Of a stretch of 64,000 bases of DNA, positions 24,313 through 37,690 are shown in pieces. The position numbers and the translations under genes are program-made. Under the pieces are notes generated by a model, which made no database searches, had not been told where the DNA came from, and saw nothing but the letters and a program-made list of their open reading frames with translations. The DNA comes from Octopus vulgaris (lineage: Eukaryota). Where the stretch lies: assembly GCA_951406725.2 (NCBI GenBank), contig OX597842.1, positions 310,001-374,000 of the forward strand, read 5' to 3'. Within the stretch, counting starts at the first letter, position 1; each line of letters begins with the position of its first letter.

Positions 24313-25295
24313 GTAAGGAAATGATTTATAATAATTTCTTTATTAACCTCAGAGGGCGAACACAAAGGAAAACATTTGGGAGGGTACGGTGTGGGTTTTA
24401 GCATGTAAAAAGGCATACAATGAATGAAACAAAGTCAAAGTAAAACCCCTGAGAGTGGAGGGACTTTCAAGGGCCACATGTAAAGAAAGCCCACAAAATC
24501 CATAGTTGCTCTGACCACCAGGGTGGATGCCCTCTCCAATATACATGTATACACTAAGAGAAGGCCCATTCACACAGGTAATGCTCACCTGTCTCACCCA
24601 CCTTTCACCAAACTGCTTGCAAGGCAGCCCTTATCTCTCCCCCCCTGATTTTCCTCTCTAAGTGAAACCTGAAAAAGATTATTAAGGTTTTGACAAAAAA
24701 ACAACTTTAGCCCTTTCAGCAATGTCTACTATATGATCCCCTTTGCCCTGGGCCTCAAGCAGATAAAAACTGGTTGCCTTTCCTGGTTGAAGGAAAGTAG
24801 AGGGGCCATCTTCTCAAGGGACTCAGCTGATAATTACTCTTTTACTCTTTTACTTCTTTCGGTCATTCGACTACGGCCATGCTGGAACACCGCCTTGAGT
24901 CGAGCAAATCAACCCCAGGACTTATTCCATGGAAGCCTAGTACTTATTCTATCGGTCTCTTTTGCCAAACTGCAAGTTATGGGGTTGTAAACACACTACC
25001 ATCAGTTGTCAAGGGGCCACGCAGTGGGAATGAACCCGGAAACATGTGGTTTGTAAGGAAGTTACTTACCACACAGCCACTCAATAATGATTCCTTTTAT
25101 TTGCCATAAGATAAAGAATAAGGAGGTCAATACCAAGATAGACATAAGGTGTGTGTGTGTGGGGGGGTTTATATATACGAAAGGATTAAAAAAATAGGAA
25201 GTATATATGGTTAACAATAAATAAAGAAGGGGCGTATACAAATTAAACACCAGTAGAAGAAAGGTAAGAGCTCACTGAATTTTGCCCAGGCTATT

Positions 25296-25801
25296 CTTGT
25301 TTTTGAATATTTTTATCCCCATAAAAATATTTATGCTATTAATAAAAATTAGTTTGAAAATTTGATTTTTGGTGGAATTCTCGTTTAAGTACCCCATATA
25401 ACCACTCATAACCTTTCTTAACTTTTAGGAATTAAAAAAAAATTCAGTACATTTTCAGTAAAATATTCAAAAATATAGTTTTTTAATTTTATATTTCAGC
25501 TTATGTAGAGAAACTAAGTTCCTTTTCTTGGTTGTATTTCTCAGTTTCTTCTAATATGTATTGTTCTTGAATATTTTTATCCTCATAAAAACATTTATGC
25601 TATTAATAAAAATTAGTTTGAAAATTTGATTTTTGGTGGAATTCTCGTTTAAGTACCCCATATAACCACTCATAACCTTTTTTAACTTTTTGGAATTAAA
25701 AAAAATTCAGTACATTTTCAGTAAAATTTTTAAAAAATAGTTTCTTTTCTTTTTATCTTTCAGAAACCAAGTCCCTTTCATTGTTTGGATTTCCCAGTTG
25801 G
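25296..25801. repeat. ~265-bp AT-rich tandem unit (about 2 copies), also at ~49935-50336; marks the start of each gene-copy segment
   Basis: ttgaatatttttatcc...ggtggaattctcgtttaagtaccccatataaccac...ttcagtacattttcag recurs at 25303, 25567 and 50092. Confidence 0.85.
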
Positions 25802-25840
25802 TATTTGAAACTTCCCATTGCATCAAGCTACAACTACAAG
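25764..25840 (+). other. Candidate 77-nt exon upstream of the leader exon (5' UTR exon or in-frame linker)
   Basis: Long pyrimidine tract plus cAG acceptor and a strong AAG-GTATGT donor; open in the phase 1>0 frame (ETKSLSLFGFPSWYLKLPIASSYNYK). Confidence 0.5.
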
Positions 25841-26311
25841 GTATGTCCAAATTTAAGAGACTCTGTTGTTAATACTGGTTTGTATAGTAATAAAAACACA
25901 AGATATATATTAAAGATTATTTCGTAAAATTAAGGTGAACATCAGTAATATATCGATATGCTATTTTCTGACAGTGATTCTCTTAAATTAATAATTAAGA
26001 TAATACTTCATTTTATGATCCAGAAAGTGAAACACCATGCTGTCTTTTCAATAATCATATTAATTTGTGTGTGTAGGAAAAATTTTCTGAAATTATAAGG
26101 ACTGTTTAAACTAGGATTCTACCTAGAAGGCCACAATTATACAAATACCTTTAATTTGGTATTTGTTTTCATTCAGCAAGAAGAAAGAAAGAGACAAAGA
26201 ATGCAGTCTCTTTAGTGTTGTATAGTAACTGATAAAACTCCGAAGAAAAGGGGGGGAGGGAGCAGAAACAGTACAAAGTTTAAATCTGTCTCGCTTCAAA
26301 TTTTACATTAA

Positions 26312-26531
26312 CCCTTTTGATACCAACCTGGCCAAAACCTGCTCTGGCTCTGTAGTACAAACATCTCGTTTTCTTAAAGTTTTGAATTAAAATCTTCTTC
26401 CAAACCTTTATCACAATTTATGATACGAACACTAGCTAAATGGTAACTAAGTTATTTTTCTAAATTCTTTGTTATATTTAAAATTAATTGAAAAACAGAC
26501 CATCTCAACAGTAATATGGTAACGAAAAGGG
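26312..26531. mobile_element. piggyBac-like MITE; decayed second copy at ~26617-26836
   Basis: TTAA-CCCTTTTGATACC ... GGTAACGAAAAGGG-TT termini; the internal sequence is the reverse complement of the MITE at 44202. Confidence 0.7.
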
Positions 26532-26875
26532 TTCAAGACAGTCGGTCAAATGTGTCTTCAATTTGCACAAAATTTGGCTGCTATTTCTAACAAGTGAAAC
26601 AAAATCTGCAAATTTACCCTTTGGATATCAACCCGCCTGAAACCCGCTTCTGGCTCCGTAGTACAAATGCCTTGTTTTCAAAAGTTTTGAATTAAAATCT
26701 TCCACCAAACCTTAGTCACAATTTATGTTCCTAACACTAGCTTAATGATAACCAAGTTATTTTTCTAAATTCTTTGTTATATTCAAAATTAATTGAAAGA
26801 AACACAGAGCATCTCAAAATACATTAATGAGAGGGTTTAGGAGTGGAACATACAATTTGTTGTAATTCAGACCAC

Positions 26876-27050
26876 CTCAAGCAGACAAAATAGAAAAGGA
26901 GTTGCCCAGGAGGATGGCAACGGAGATGCGTTGGAACAGCCACTCTGACCGAAAAGGCTGGCACAAGCGGATAGCCATTTGTGCCCGATAGCTGTGAGCA
27001 GGAATGTGATCCAGGGCCCTAGGGTGTCAGAGGTCTCCAATGTGCACACT
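26876..27050 (-). mobile_element. C-terminal fragment of an RLE-type (CRE-like) non-LTR retrotransposon
   Basis: Minus strand, with a frameshift, gives LETSDTLGP...SEWLFQRISVAILLGNSFSILSA*, resembling the ETxGxxG...LFQRISxAIxxGN end of restriction-like endonuclease LINEs. Confidence 0.6.
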
Positions 27051-27503
27051 CAACAATAAACCCACCATTCCACAAAGATTTCTTTCCAAAAATTTTCCTA
27101 AATAAAAATCGTTATATTATCTTTCTGTGTATTCATTTTTCATTTCATCTAGTTTCAGCTCACGAGCTGTGGCCATGCTGGGGCACCGCCTAGTTTTAAT
27201 TTAGAGTGTACCACGTAAATACGTATCACTATGAATTTTTGAAAATATTTAAATCTACTTTTTCTTTTTTTTTTCTTGGTGAAATGAAATGATGTGTGAT
27301 TTTCAAATGAAATGATGTGTGATATAAGGAAGATTTAGCTATTGTGTCTTGCACATCCCACAGACACTGTATACCTTTCACAGAATAACATATAGACGTA
27401 GATTAAAGAACAAACAAAATGTGAAAACTAATTCCTTATTTTAAGCATTAAAAACATAAATTCAAGACATTATCAATATCTGTAACTTACTGCAAACTCA
27501 TTA

Positions 27504-27507
<4 letters not shown>

Positions 27508-27558
<51 letters not shown>
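27508..27558. repeat. (AG)n microsatellite
   Basis: About 25 consecutive AG units. Confidence 0.97.
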
Positions 27559-27563
<5 letters not shown>

Positions 27564-27775
27564 CCCAAAACAAATATGTAAATACTGACACATATTCTGA
27601 CTATTCAAAATTGGATGAAAAAAATTACACCTGACTTTAATACTTTACAAAATTATATATATTGCACAACATGGTCTTTATTGGCAGAATTTTACCAATG
27701 TTTCTCAAAGAAAAACAAAATTTATATTTATAAGCTTTGTTATTTTGCAAATTTTGAAAATTATTTTTTCAGATC

Positions 27776-27821
27776 ATGGCCATTCGGTACTTTTTCTGCA
27801 GTTTGTCTGCAACAATGTTCG
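27776..27821 (+). CDS. Leader / signal-peptide exon, [15 protein letters not shown](G)
   Basis: ttattttttcAG-ATCATGG (good initiation context); donor G-GTAGGT in phase 1; basic residue followed by a hydrophobic stretch. Confidence 0.75.
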
Positions 27822-30800
27822 GTAGGTTTTATTTTTATTTTATTTTTTCCATAACTTATTTTTGTTAAGGAAAACTTACTCGAGGGCACAGATGTCTGGA
27901 ATTGGTCACTCACATAAGGAGGATTTTCTTTGTTTGGACAGGGATTTTTCCAATTTTGTTTTTAGCAGAGCTTTAGAAATGATGCATTTTATGGAAGAAA
28001 ATTTTGGAAAATTTTTGATTTCCACAACAATCCAACTTATAAAGTAACTACCTCATTAACAAATTATATACAGAACATCAGGTCCCAAAACATTCCCTAT
28101 ATTCTACACTAGTTAATTAACAGTGAGCCCTCACACCCACCCACCCCATACAACACTAATCTTGGCACTGTGTATGAGAATCTTCCACTAACTTTCAAAA
28201 CCCAAACCCCTCATTATTTAATAAATTTTCAGATGTAATCCTCTCATGTAAACACAGAACATATTCCTTGTTTGCCTATTATGTTAAATCTATGTAATCT
28301 ATTTACTCATACATGTCTATATACACCGGTACTTTGATGTGCCACCAACCCATCTTCATTTTTCAGATTTCCCCTTTGCTACACTACTAGCATCTGTAAC
28401 TGAACCCTTTCTCTCCCTTTAATACTCGCCTCTCCCATCTTCCACCTTTCCAATTTCCCTTAGTTCTATAGTGCCACCATCCCTAACTATTAACATCTAT
28501 TGTCATACCCAACAATGACCACCCTTGAAAATACTTTTCTGTTCACTCCTCCCACTCATCTCCCAATTTTCCACTTCTACTTCTTTCAATACCCTGATCA
28601 CCCCACCTCCATCATCCTCATCTGGCTATCTCTTCTTACCCCTCCTTGTCTCAACACACCCACATTGAGATATCTACAACCACCCTCTTGGTTTTTGAAT
28701 TAACCATTGATTATCTTGTAGTTTTGACATTTTGATGATGTGATTGTTTATTTGTAGACTGACATTGTAGGGTAGGTGTGCGAGGGTGGATGTGGCTAGT
28801 TCAAACATAAAACAGATATGGCTGGTTTAATCCTTTAGCAATCAGATAACTGTGAAATATAATGTTCTTTTATTCACAGTATTTTGAAATATATCATCTT
28901 AAAATGAAACGTTTTTGTTTTCATTTTTTACAGGTTGGACAAATACATATGCTTATAAAATAACCCACAGTTGTAAGTAGATTAACAAACCTTTTCTCTC
29001 CTTTTAAACTAGACATTACCTTTGCAGTTCTTCTTTTCCTATCCCTTAACTCATAACTTTTAGCCAATCTTTTGATTTTTGATTTCTTTCAATTTCTAAT
29101 TCAATTTCTAATTTAACCTTTGAGAAAGGCTAAAGAGCCCAAAATGCACATCAGGGAATGTACTTTAACAGTGGTTTTCGACAAGGGTCATGATGGTTTG
29201 TGGGGATCCATATAGGACTGACACCTTCAATTTTGCTATGGATCCAACAAGCCACAGCATTGTGGTGAACTCCATTCCATGCATTGGCAAGGCTTCTATT
29301 GGTTCATGGCCTTCCTAACACCCAACACTTTACCTCATGTAGTAGCTGCTTTTCTTCATTGCACCACCACTCATTTGGTTACCATGTAGCTGCGATTATG
29401 ACAGTCGTTCTGAATAGGATTGTTGTTATGATGTTTGTCATCTTCACTTATGGCACCTGTGCCGGTGGCACGTAAAAAGAACCATCCGTACGTTGCCGAT
29501 GCCAGCGCTGCCTTGACTGGCTTCCATGTCGGTGGCACGTAAAAACCACCAACCGATCGTGGCCATAGTCAGCCTCACCTGGCACATAAAAAGTATCCAC
29601 TACACTCACGGTGAGGTTGGCGTTTAGGAAGGGCATCCAGCTGTAGGAACTCTGTCAGATCAGATTGGAGCCTGGTGCAGCCTCCTGGTTTCCCAGATCC
29701 AAATCGAACTCTCCAACCCATGCTAGCATGGAAAACGGATGTTAAACAATGATGATGATGTTTCATGCAGAATTCATTCCTCCTTTTTAATGCCAACCAT
29801 TTTACAGAGTACTTGGAGGCTTTTTTACATGGCACCAACACTAGAAGGTCACCAATTAACTATAAAGACAAAGGAAGCGGAAGGAAAAAGCCCCGACCGA
29901 AGAGCAAAGCAGTGAGGGTGGTGGCTTTATACCAGGTGCTGGGAGGTTAAAATAAGTGGGGTGGGTGTAAATGGAAAGTGACATGGTTTAATCCGGCGTA
30001 CACCCATGTCTGATGAAATCATGTCCCAATAAACATAAATCTCATTAAATTAAAACTCATTAGTCTAAGTGTAATAAGATGTCTAATTTCTTTTGATGGT
30101 CTCTATTGCACATTTTCCCTTTTAATTTCCAAGGGCAAAAATATTAACCCTTTAGCATTCAGATAATTCAGTGAAATGTAATCCTTATTTATTCACATCA
30201 GTTTGAATTAATCATGGATTATCTCATAGCTTTGAGATTTCAAAGATGTGATGATGAATTTTTGGAATGACATTGTAGGTTAGATGGGAGAGGCCAGAGC
30301 TGGCCAGTTTAATCATAAAAATGGCAGGATATTTGGTCCTTGCAAAAGCATTGCAGCTTCTTTTAATTGGTAAGCTCACAGACAAACTGAAAGAAGGAAT
30401 AATATGCTGTATTCATAAAGGAGGACACATGGCAGGTGCTAAAAATTATAGGCCTATCTCTCTGACCTCACACATCAGCAAAGTCATAGACTGAATAGTC
30501 TGCAAGAAACTAATCGTGTTCCATGAAGAAAATGACTTGCTGACTGATACCCAGTATGGATTTCGACCAGGCAGAAGCTGCCTCTTACAACATTATGACT
30601 GGGTGTTAAGTATTTTGTTATTTTGTCCCTTGCTTATCTCTTGTGTGTTTATATATTTATAACTTTCCAGTGATGCCCTGAACTTAATATATATATATTT
30701 ATTATTTGAGGGATTATAAATCCAAACTTACAGGGCATAAAAATTCAATTTAGAAATACTAAATCAAATTATATATATATAAAATAATAGAAAAAAACCA

Positions 30801-31052
30801 CCTTTTATCAATTCAGAATGAACAATTAAATTACACCATCTAGAAAATTACATATAATAGAAACATTAAAATTAAAATAACAATAAAATATCAATGATAA
30901 AGTAAATTGCAAAAAAAAATAATAATTTTTATTATTTGATTTTGCAATTTTAGATCTTTTATTGTTATTTTATTTTAATATTTCTATTATATTTAATTTT
31001 CTTGAAGGTGTAATTTAAATGTTCATTTTGAATTGATAAAAGGTGTTTTTTC

Positions 31053-31105
<53 letters not shown>

Positions 31106-32234
31106 AAATAAGCAACAAGAATAAATTTGGTAATTCGGTACGATCGTTTCACGATACATCATTTTATTAAATGTTGTAATTATTAGTACTGTTTTAAAAT
31201 GCTGAGCACTCATCAGCCATTAATAGAGACTTTCCATTAATACATAATTTTCATATGATATGAAAATTATGTATTAATTTAATTTAAAAACTGTTGTAAT
31301 TCTTAGAACATTTAATAAAATGATGTAGCATGAAACGATCGTACCAAATTACCGGAACCATTCTTATTGCTTATTTTGATTATAATATCTCCATGGATTT
31401 ATATGGATAACACCATACAAAATTCTGGTGCATCTAACTTAAGTACCATATTCATTAGAATCTATATATATATTATATAAAGTAAAGATTATTTGCCAAC
31501 GTAACGTGGAAATTCTGGTTAGGACAAATGGTACCGTTATTTAACACCAGGAATCATCATCTCCAGGTGGTTATACAGCACACTATCTGCATACCAATGG
31601 TCTCTTAGTTAGTTCCCTTCATCAGGACAGAATAACTGCTCGGCTAGAGATGGCACCACTAAACTCTTGTCCAAAATATATACTTTTCAAAGTGACACAC
31701 AGTTACTGATCTAATAAATAGAAAATTATTTCTAAATCTCTATATGAGAGACATTGAGTAACAGTACTCTAGAGTAAAGATTATTTGCTAACATAATGTG
31801 GCAATCCTGGTTAGAACGATCATTACTGTTATTTAGCCCTAGGAAACATCGTCTCCAGCTGGCTATATGACACACTAGCTGCATCCTTATATTTTCGAAC
31901 AAGGGAGTTTAGCATCCCATAGGACATAGATAGTGTGTCATATAAACAGTGGGAGACAATGTTTCCTGGGGCTGAAGAACAGTAATAATCATCCTACCAA
32001 GGACTGCCATATTACGTTGGCAAATAAACTTTACTCTCAAGTACTGACTGCGGCCATGCTGGAGCACCGCCCTTTAGTTGAGCAAAATGACCCCAGGACT
32101 TATTCTTTGTAAGCCTGGTACTTATTCTATCGGTCTCTTCTGCCTAACCACTAAGTTACAGAGGCATCAACACACCAGTATTCGTTGTCAAGCGATGTTG
32201 GGAGGACAAACACACACATATATATATATATTTA

Positions 32235-32282
<48 letters not shown>

Positions 32283-32426
32283 TACAAATATATATATACA
32301 TACACACAACAGGCTTCTTTCAGTTTCTATCTATCAAATCTACTCACAATGTGGGACTAAATCTGGAACCATGTCGTTGGTAGGCAAGCAGCTTACCACA
32401 CAGCCACTCGACGCCTATATAGATAC

Positions 32427-32457
<31 letters not shown>

Positions 32458-35400
32458 AATACACATACACACACACACATATACATACAATGGGCTTTTT
32501 TCAATTTCCATCAAGAAAATCCACTCACAAGGCTGAGGCTATAGTAGAAGACACTTTCCCAAGGTGCTGTGCAGTGGGACTGAACCCAGGACCATTTGAT
32601 TTTGAAGAAAACTTCTCAACCGATTTCTTTATTTTAGCCGTTACTATGCCCAATGGAAATCTCACCCTTACAATGTCAATCCCATATGAGAGACGACCGG
32701 TGGATAGGGAGTGGCAGACTTCTAAATATGAATGTGACAGGACATGCACTGATTGCCCTGGCTATAAAGAGACACATTTTGGAAATACTTCGACTATTAC
32801 TATGAAAAACGCAACTAAGAAATGTATCACTTGGAAATTTGCTGGTGACAACCTTGATGCAGCAGACTTCCATTTGAAGATAAACGGTAAGGAAATGATT
32901 TATAATAATTTCTTTATTAACCACAGAGGGCGCACACAAACGAAAACATTTGGGAGGGACCAGTGTGGGTTTTAGCATGTAAAAAGTCATACAATGAATG
33001 AAACAAAGTCAAAGTAAAACCCCTGAGAGTGGAGGGACTTTCAAGGGCTACACGTAAAGAAAGCCCACAAAATCCATGGTCTCCGTGACCACCAGGGTGG
33101 ATGCCCTCTCCCAGTCTTTCCTCTCCAATATACAGGGATACACTAAGAGAAGGCCCATTCACTCAGGTAATGCTCACCTCTCTCACCCACCAGATCATGG
33201 CTGTTTGCAACATTTGTCTGTAAGTTTTATTTTTATTTTATTTTATTTTTTCCATAACTTATTTTTGTTAAGGCAAACTTACTCAAGAGCACAGAGGTCT
33301 GGAATAGATCACTCACATAAGGAGGATTTTCTTTGTTTGGACAGGGATTTTTCCAATTTTGTTTTTAGCAGAGCTTTAGAAATGATGCATTTTATGGAAG
33401 AAAATTTTTGAAAATTTTAGATTTTCCACCACAATCCAACTTATAAATTATCTACCTCATTAACAAATTATATACAGAACCTCAGGTCCCAAAACATTCC
33501 CTATATTCTACCATGGTTAATTAACAGTGAGCCCTCACACCCACCCACCCATACAACACTAATCTTGGCACTCTGTATGAGAATCATCCACTATCTTTCA
33601 AAATCACAACCCTTCATTATTTAATAAATTTTCAGATGTAATCCTCTCATGTAATCACAGCATCTAATCCTTGTTTGCCTATTATGTTAAATCTATGTAA
33701 TCTATTTTCTCATACATGTCTATATACCTCGGTACTTTGATGTGCCACCGACCTATCTACATTTTTCAGATTTCCCCTTTGCTACACTACTAGCATCTGT
33801 AACTGGACCCTTTCTCTTCTTTTAATACTCGCCTCTCCCATCTTCCACCTTTCCAATTTCCCTTAGTTCTATAGTGCCACCATCCCTAACTATTAACATC
33901 TATTGTCAAACCCAACAATGACCAACCTTGAAAATACTTTTCCTCTCACTCCTCCCACTCATCTCCCAAATTTTCACTTCTACTTCTTTCAATACCCTGA
34001 TCACCCCACCTCCATCTTCCTCATCTGGCTATCTCTTCTTACTGCTCCTTGTGTCAACACACCCACATTGAGCTACCGACTTTCTCCCTCCTGGTTTTTG
34101 AATTAATCATTCATTATCTTGTAGTTTTGACATTTTGATGATGTGATTGTTTACTTTTAGACTGGTTTATTTTTAACATGACAATGTAGGGTAGGTTCGA
34201 GAGGGTGGATGTGGCTAGTTCAAACATAAACAGATATGGCTGGTTTAATCCTTTAGCAATCAGATTACTGTGAAATATAATATTCTTTTATTCACATTAT
34301 TTTGAATTTTATCATCTTAAAATCAAAAGTTTTTGTTTTCCTTTTTAACAGGTTTGACAAATGTATATGCTTATAAAATAACCCAAAATGGTAAGTGGAT
34401 TAACAAACCTTTTCTCTCCTAGACATTACCTTTTCAGTTCTGTCTTCTATTTCTTTCCCTTAACTCATAACTTTTAGCCAATCTTTTGATTTTTGATTTC
34501 TCTAAATTTTTAATTTAACCTTTGAGAAAGGCTAAAGAGCAAAAAATGCACATCAGGGAATGTACTGCAGCAGTGGTTTTCGACCAGGGTCATGATGGTT
34601 TGTGGGGGTCCATATAGGACTAACACCTTCAATTTTGCTATGGATCCAACAAGCCACAGCATTGTAGTGAACTCCATTCCATGCATTGTTTCATAGCCTT
34701 CCTAGCACCCACCACTTTACCACATGTAGTGGCTGCTTTTCTTCATTGCACCACCACTCATTTGGTTACCATGTAGCTTCAATTATTGCAGTCGTTTTGA
34801 ATAGGATTGTGGTTATGATGTTTGTCATCTTCACTTATGGCACCTGTGCCGGTGGCCCGTAAAAAGAACCATCCGTACGTTGCCGATGCCAGCGCCGCCT
34901 TGACTGGCTTCCATGGCGGTGGCACGTAAAAATCACCAACCGATCGTGGCCGTTGCCAGCCTCCCCTGGCACATAAAAGGTATCCACTACACTCATGTGT
35001 GGTTGGCGTTTAGGAAGGGCATCCAGCTGTAGGAACTATGCCAGATCAGACTGGAGCCTGGTGCAGCCTCCTGGCTTCCCAGATCCAAGTCGAACCATCC
35101 AACCCATGCTAGCATGGAAAACGGATGTTAAACAATGATGATGATGTTTCATGCAGAATTCATTCCTCCTTTTTAATGCCAACCATTTTACAGAGTACTT
35201 GGAGGCTTTTTTACATGGCACCAACACTAGAAGGTCACCAATTAACTATAAAGACAAAGGAAGCGGAAGGAATAAGCCCCGACCGAAGAGCATAGCAGTG
35301 AGGGTGGTGGCTTTATACCAGGTGCTGAGAGGTTAAAATAAGTGGGGTGGGTGTAAGTGGAAAGTGACATGATTTAATCAGGCGTACACCCATGTCTGAT

Positions 35401-36482
35401 GAAATCATGTCCCAATAAACATAAATCTCATTAAATTAAAACTCGTTAGTCTAAGTGTAATAAGATGTCTAATTTCTTTTGATGGTCTCTATTGCACATT
35501 TTCCCTTTTAATTTCCAAGGGCAAAAACATTAACCCTTTAGCATTCAGATAATTCAGTGAAATGTAATCCTTATTTATTCACATTGGTTTGAATTAATCA
35601 TGGATTATCTCGTAGCTTTGAGATTTCAATGATGTGATGATGAATATTTGGAATGACATTGTAGGTTAGATGGGAGAGGCCAGAGCTGGCCAGATGAAAC
35701 ATAAAAATGGCAGGATATTTGGGCCTTGCAAAACCATTGCAGCTTCTCTTAATTGGTAAGCTCCCAGACAAACTGAAAGAAGGAATAATATGCTGTATTC
35801 ATAAAGGAGGACACATGGCAGGTGCTAAAAATTATAGGCCTATCTCTCTGACCTCACACATCAGCAAAGTCATAGACTGAATAGTCTGCAAGAAACTAAT
35901 CGTGTTCCATGAAGAAAATGACTTGCTGACTGATACCCTGCATGGATTTCGACCAGGTAGAATCTGTCTCTTACAACATTATGACTGGGTGTTAAGTATT
36001 TTGTTATTTTGTCACTTGCTTATCTCTTGTGTGTTTATATATTTATAACTTTCCAGTGATGCCCTGAACTTAATATATATATAGTTATTATTTGAGGGAA
36101 TATAAATCCAAACTTAGAGGGAATAAAAATTCAACTTAGAATTACTAAATCAAATTTCACACAATATAATATATATATAAAATAATAGAAAAAACCCACC
36201 TTTTATCAATTCAAAATGAACAATTAAATTACACCATCTAGAAAATTACATATAATAGAAACATTAAAATTAAAATAACAATAAAATATCAATGATTAAG
36301 TAAATTGCAAAAAAAAAATAATACCAATTATATATGTTTTTTTATTATTTGTTTTTGCAATTTACTTAATCATTGATCTTTTATTGTTATTTTAGTTTTA
36401 ATGTTTCTATTATATTTAATTTTCTAGAAGGTGTAATTTAATTGTTCATTTTGAATTGATAAAAGGTGTTTTTCTAATTTTA

Positions 36483-36528
<46 letters not shown>

Positions 36529-37648
36529 CAAAATAAGCAACAAGAATAACTTCGGTAATTCGGTACGATTGTTTCATGATACATCATTTTATTAAATGTT
36601 GTAAGTATTAGAACAGTTTTAAAATGCTGAGCACTCATCAGCCATTAATAGAGGCTTTCCATTAATACATAATTTTCATATGATATGAAAATTATGTATT
36701 AATTTAATTTAAAAATAGTTGTAATACTTACAACATTTAATAAAATGTTATAGCATGAAACGATCGTACCAAATTACCGGAGTCATTCTTGTTGATTATT
36801 TTGATTATAATCACCCCATGGAATTTTATGGATAACACCATACAAAATTCTGGTGCATCTAACTTAAGTACCATATTCATTAGAATCTATATATATATTA
36901 TATAAAGTAAAGATTATTTGCCAACGTAACGTGGAAATCCTGGTTAGGAAAAATGGTACTGTTATTTAACACCAGGAATCATCATCTCCAGGTGGTTATA
37001 CAGCACACTATCTGCATACCAATGGTCTCTGAGTTATTTCCCTTCATCAGGAAAGAATAACTGCTCGGCTAGAGATGGCACCACTAAACTCTTGTCCAAA
37101 ATATATACTTTTCAAAGTGACACACAGTTACTGATCTAATAAACAGAAAATTATTTCTAAATCTCTAAATGAGAGACATTGAGTAACAGTACTCTAGAGT
37201 AAAGATTATTTGCCAACTTAATGTGGCAGTCCTGGTTAGGACGATTGTTACTGTTATTTAGCCCTAGGAAACATCGTCTCCAGCTGGCTATATGACACTG
37301 TAGCTTCATCCTTACATTTTTGAACAAGGGAGTTTAGTATCCCATAGGACATAGATAGTGTGTCATATAAACAGTGGGAGACAATGTTTCCTGAGGCTGA
37401 AGAACAGTAACAATCATCCTAACTAGGACTGCCATATTATGTTGGCAAATATTCTTTACTCTCGAGTACTGACTGCGGCCATGCTGGAGCACCACCTTCA
37501 GTCGAGCAAATCGATCCCAGGACTTTTTCTTTGTAAGCCTAGTACTTATTCTATTGGTCTCTTCTGCCGAACTGCTAAGTTACAGGGGCATGAACACACC
37601 ATCATTGGTTGCCAAGCGATGTTGGGAGGACAAACACAGACACACAAT

Positions 37649-37690
<42 letters not shown>

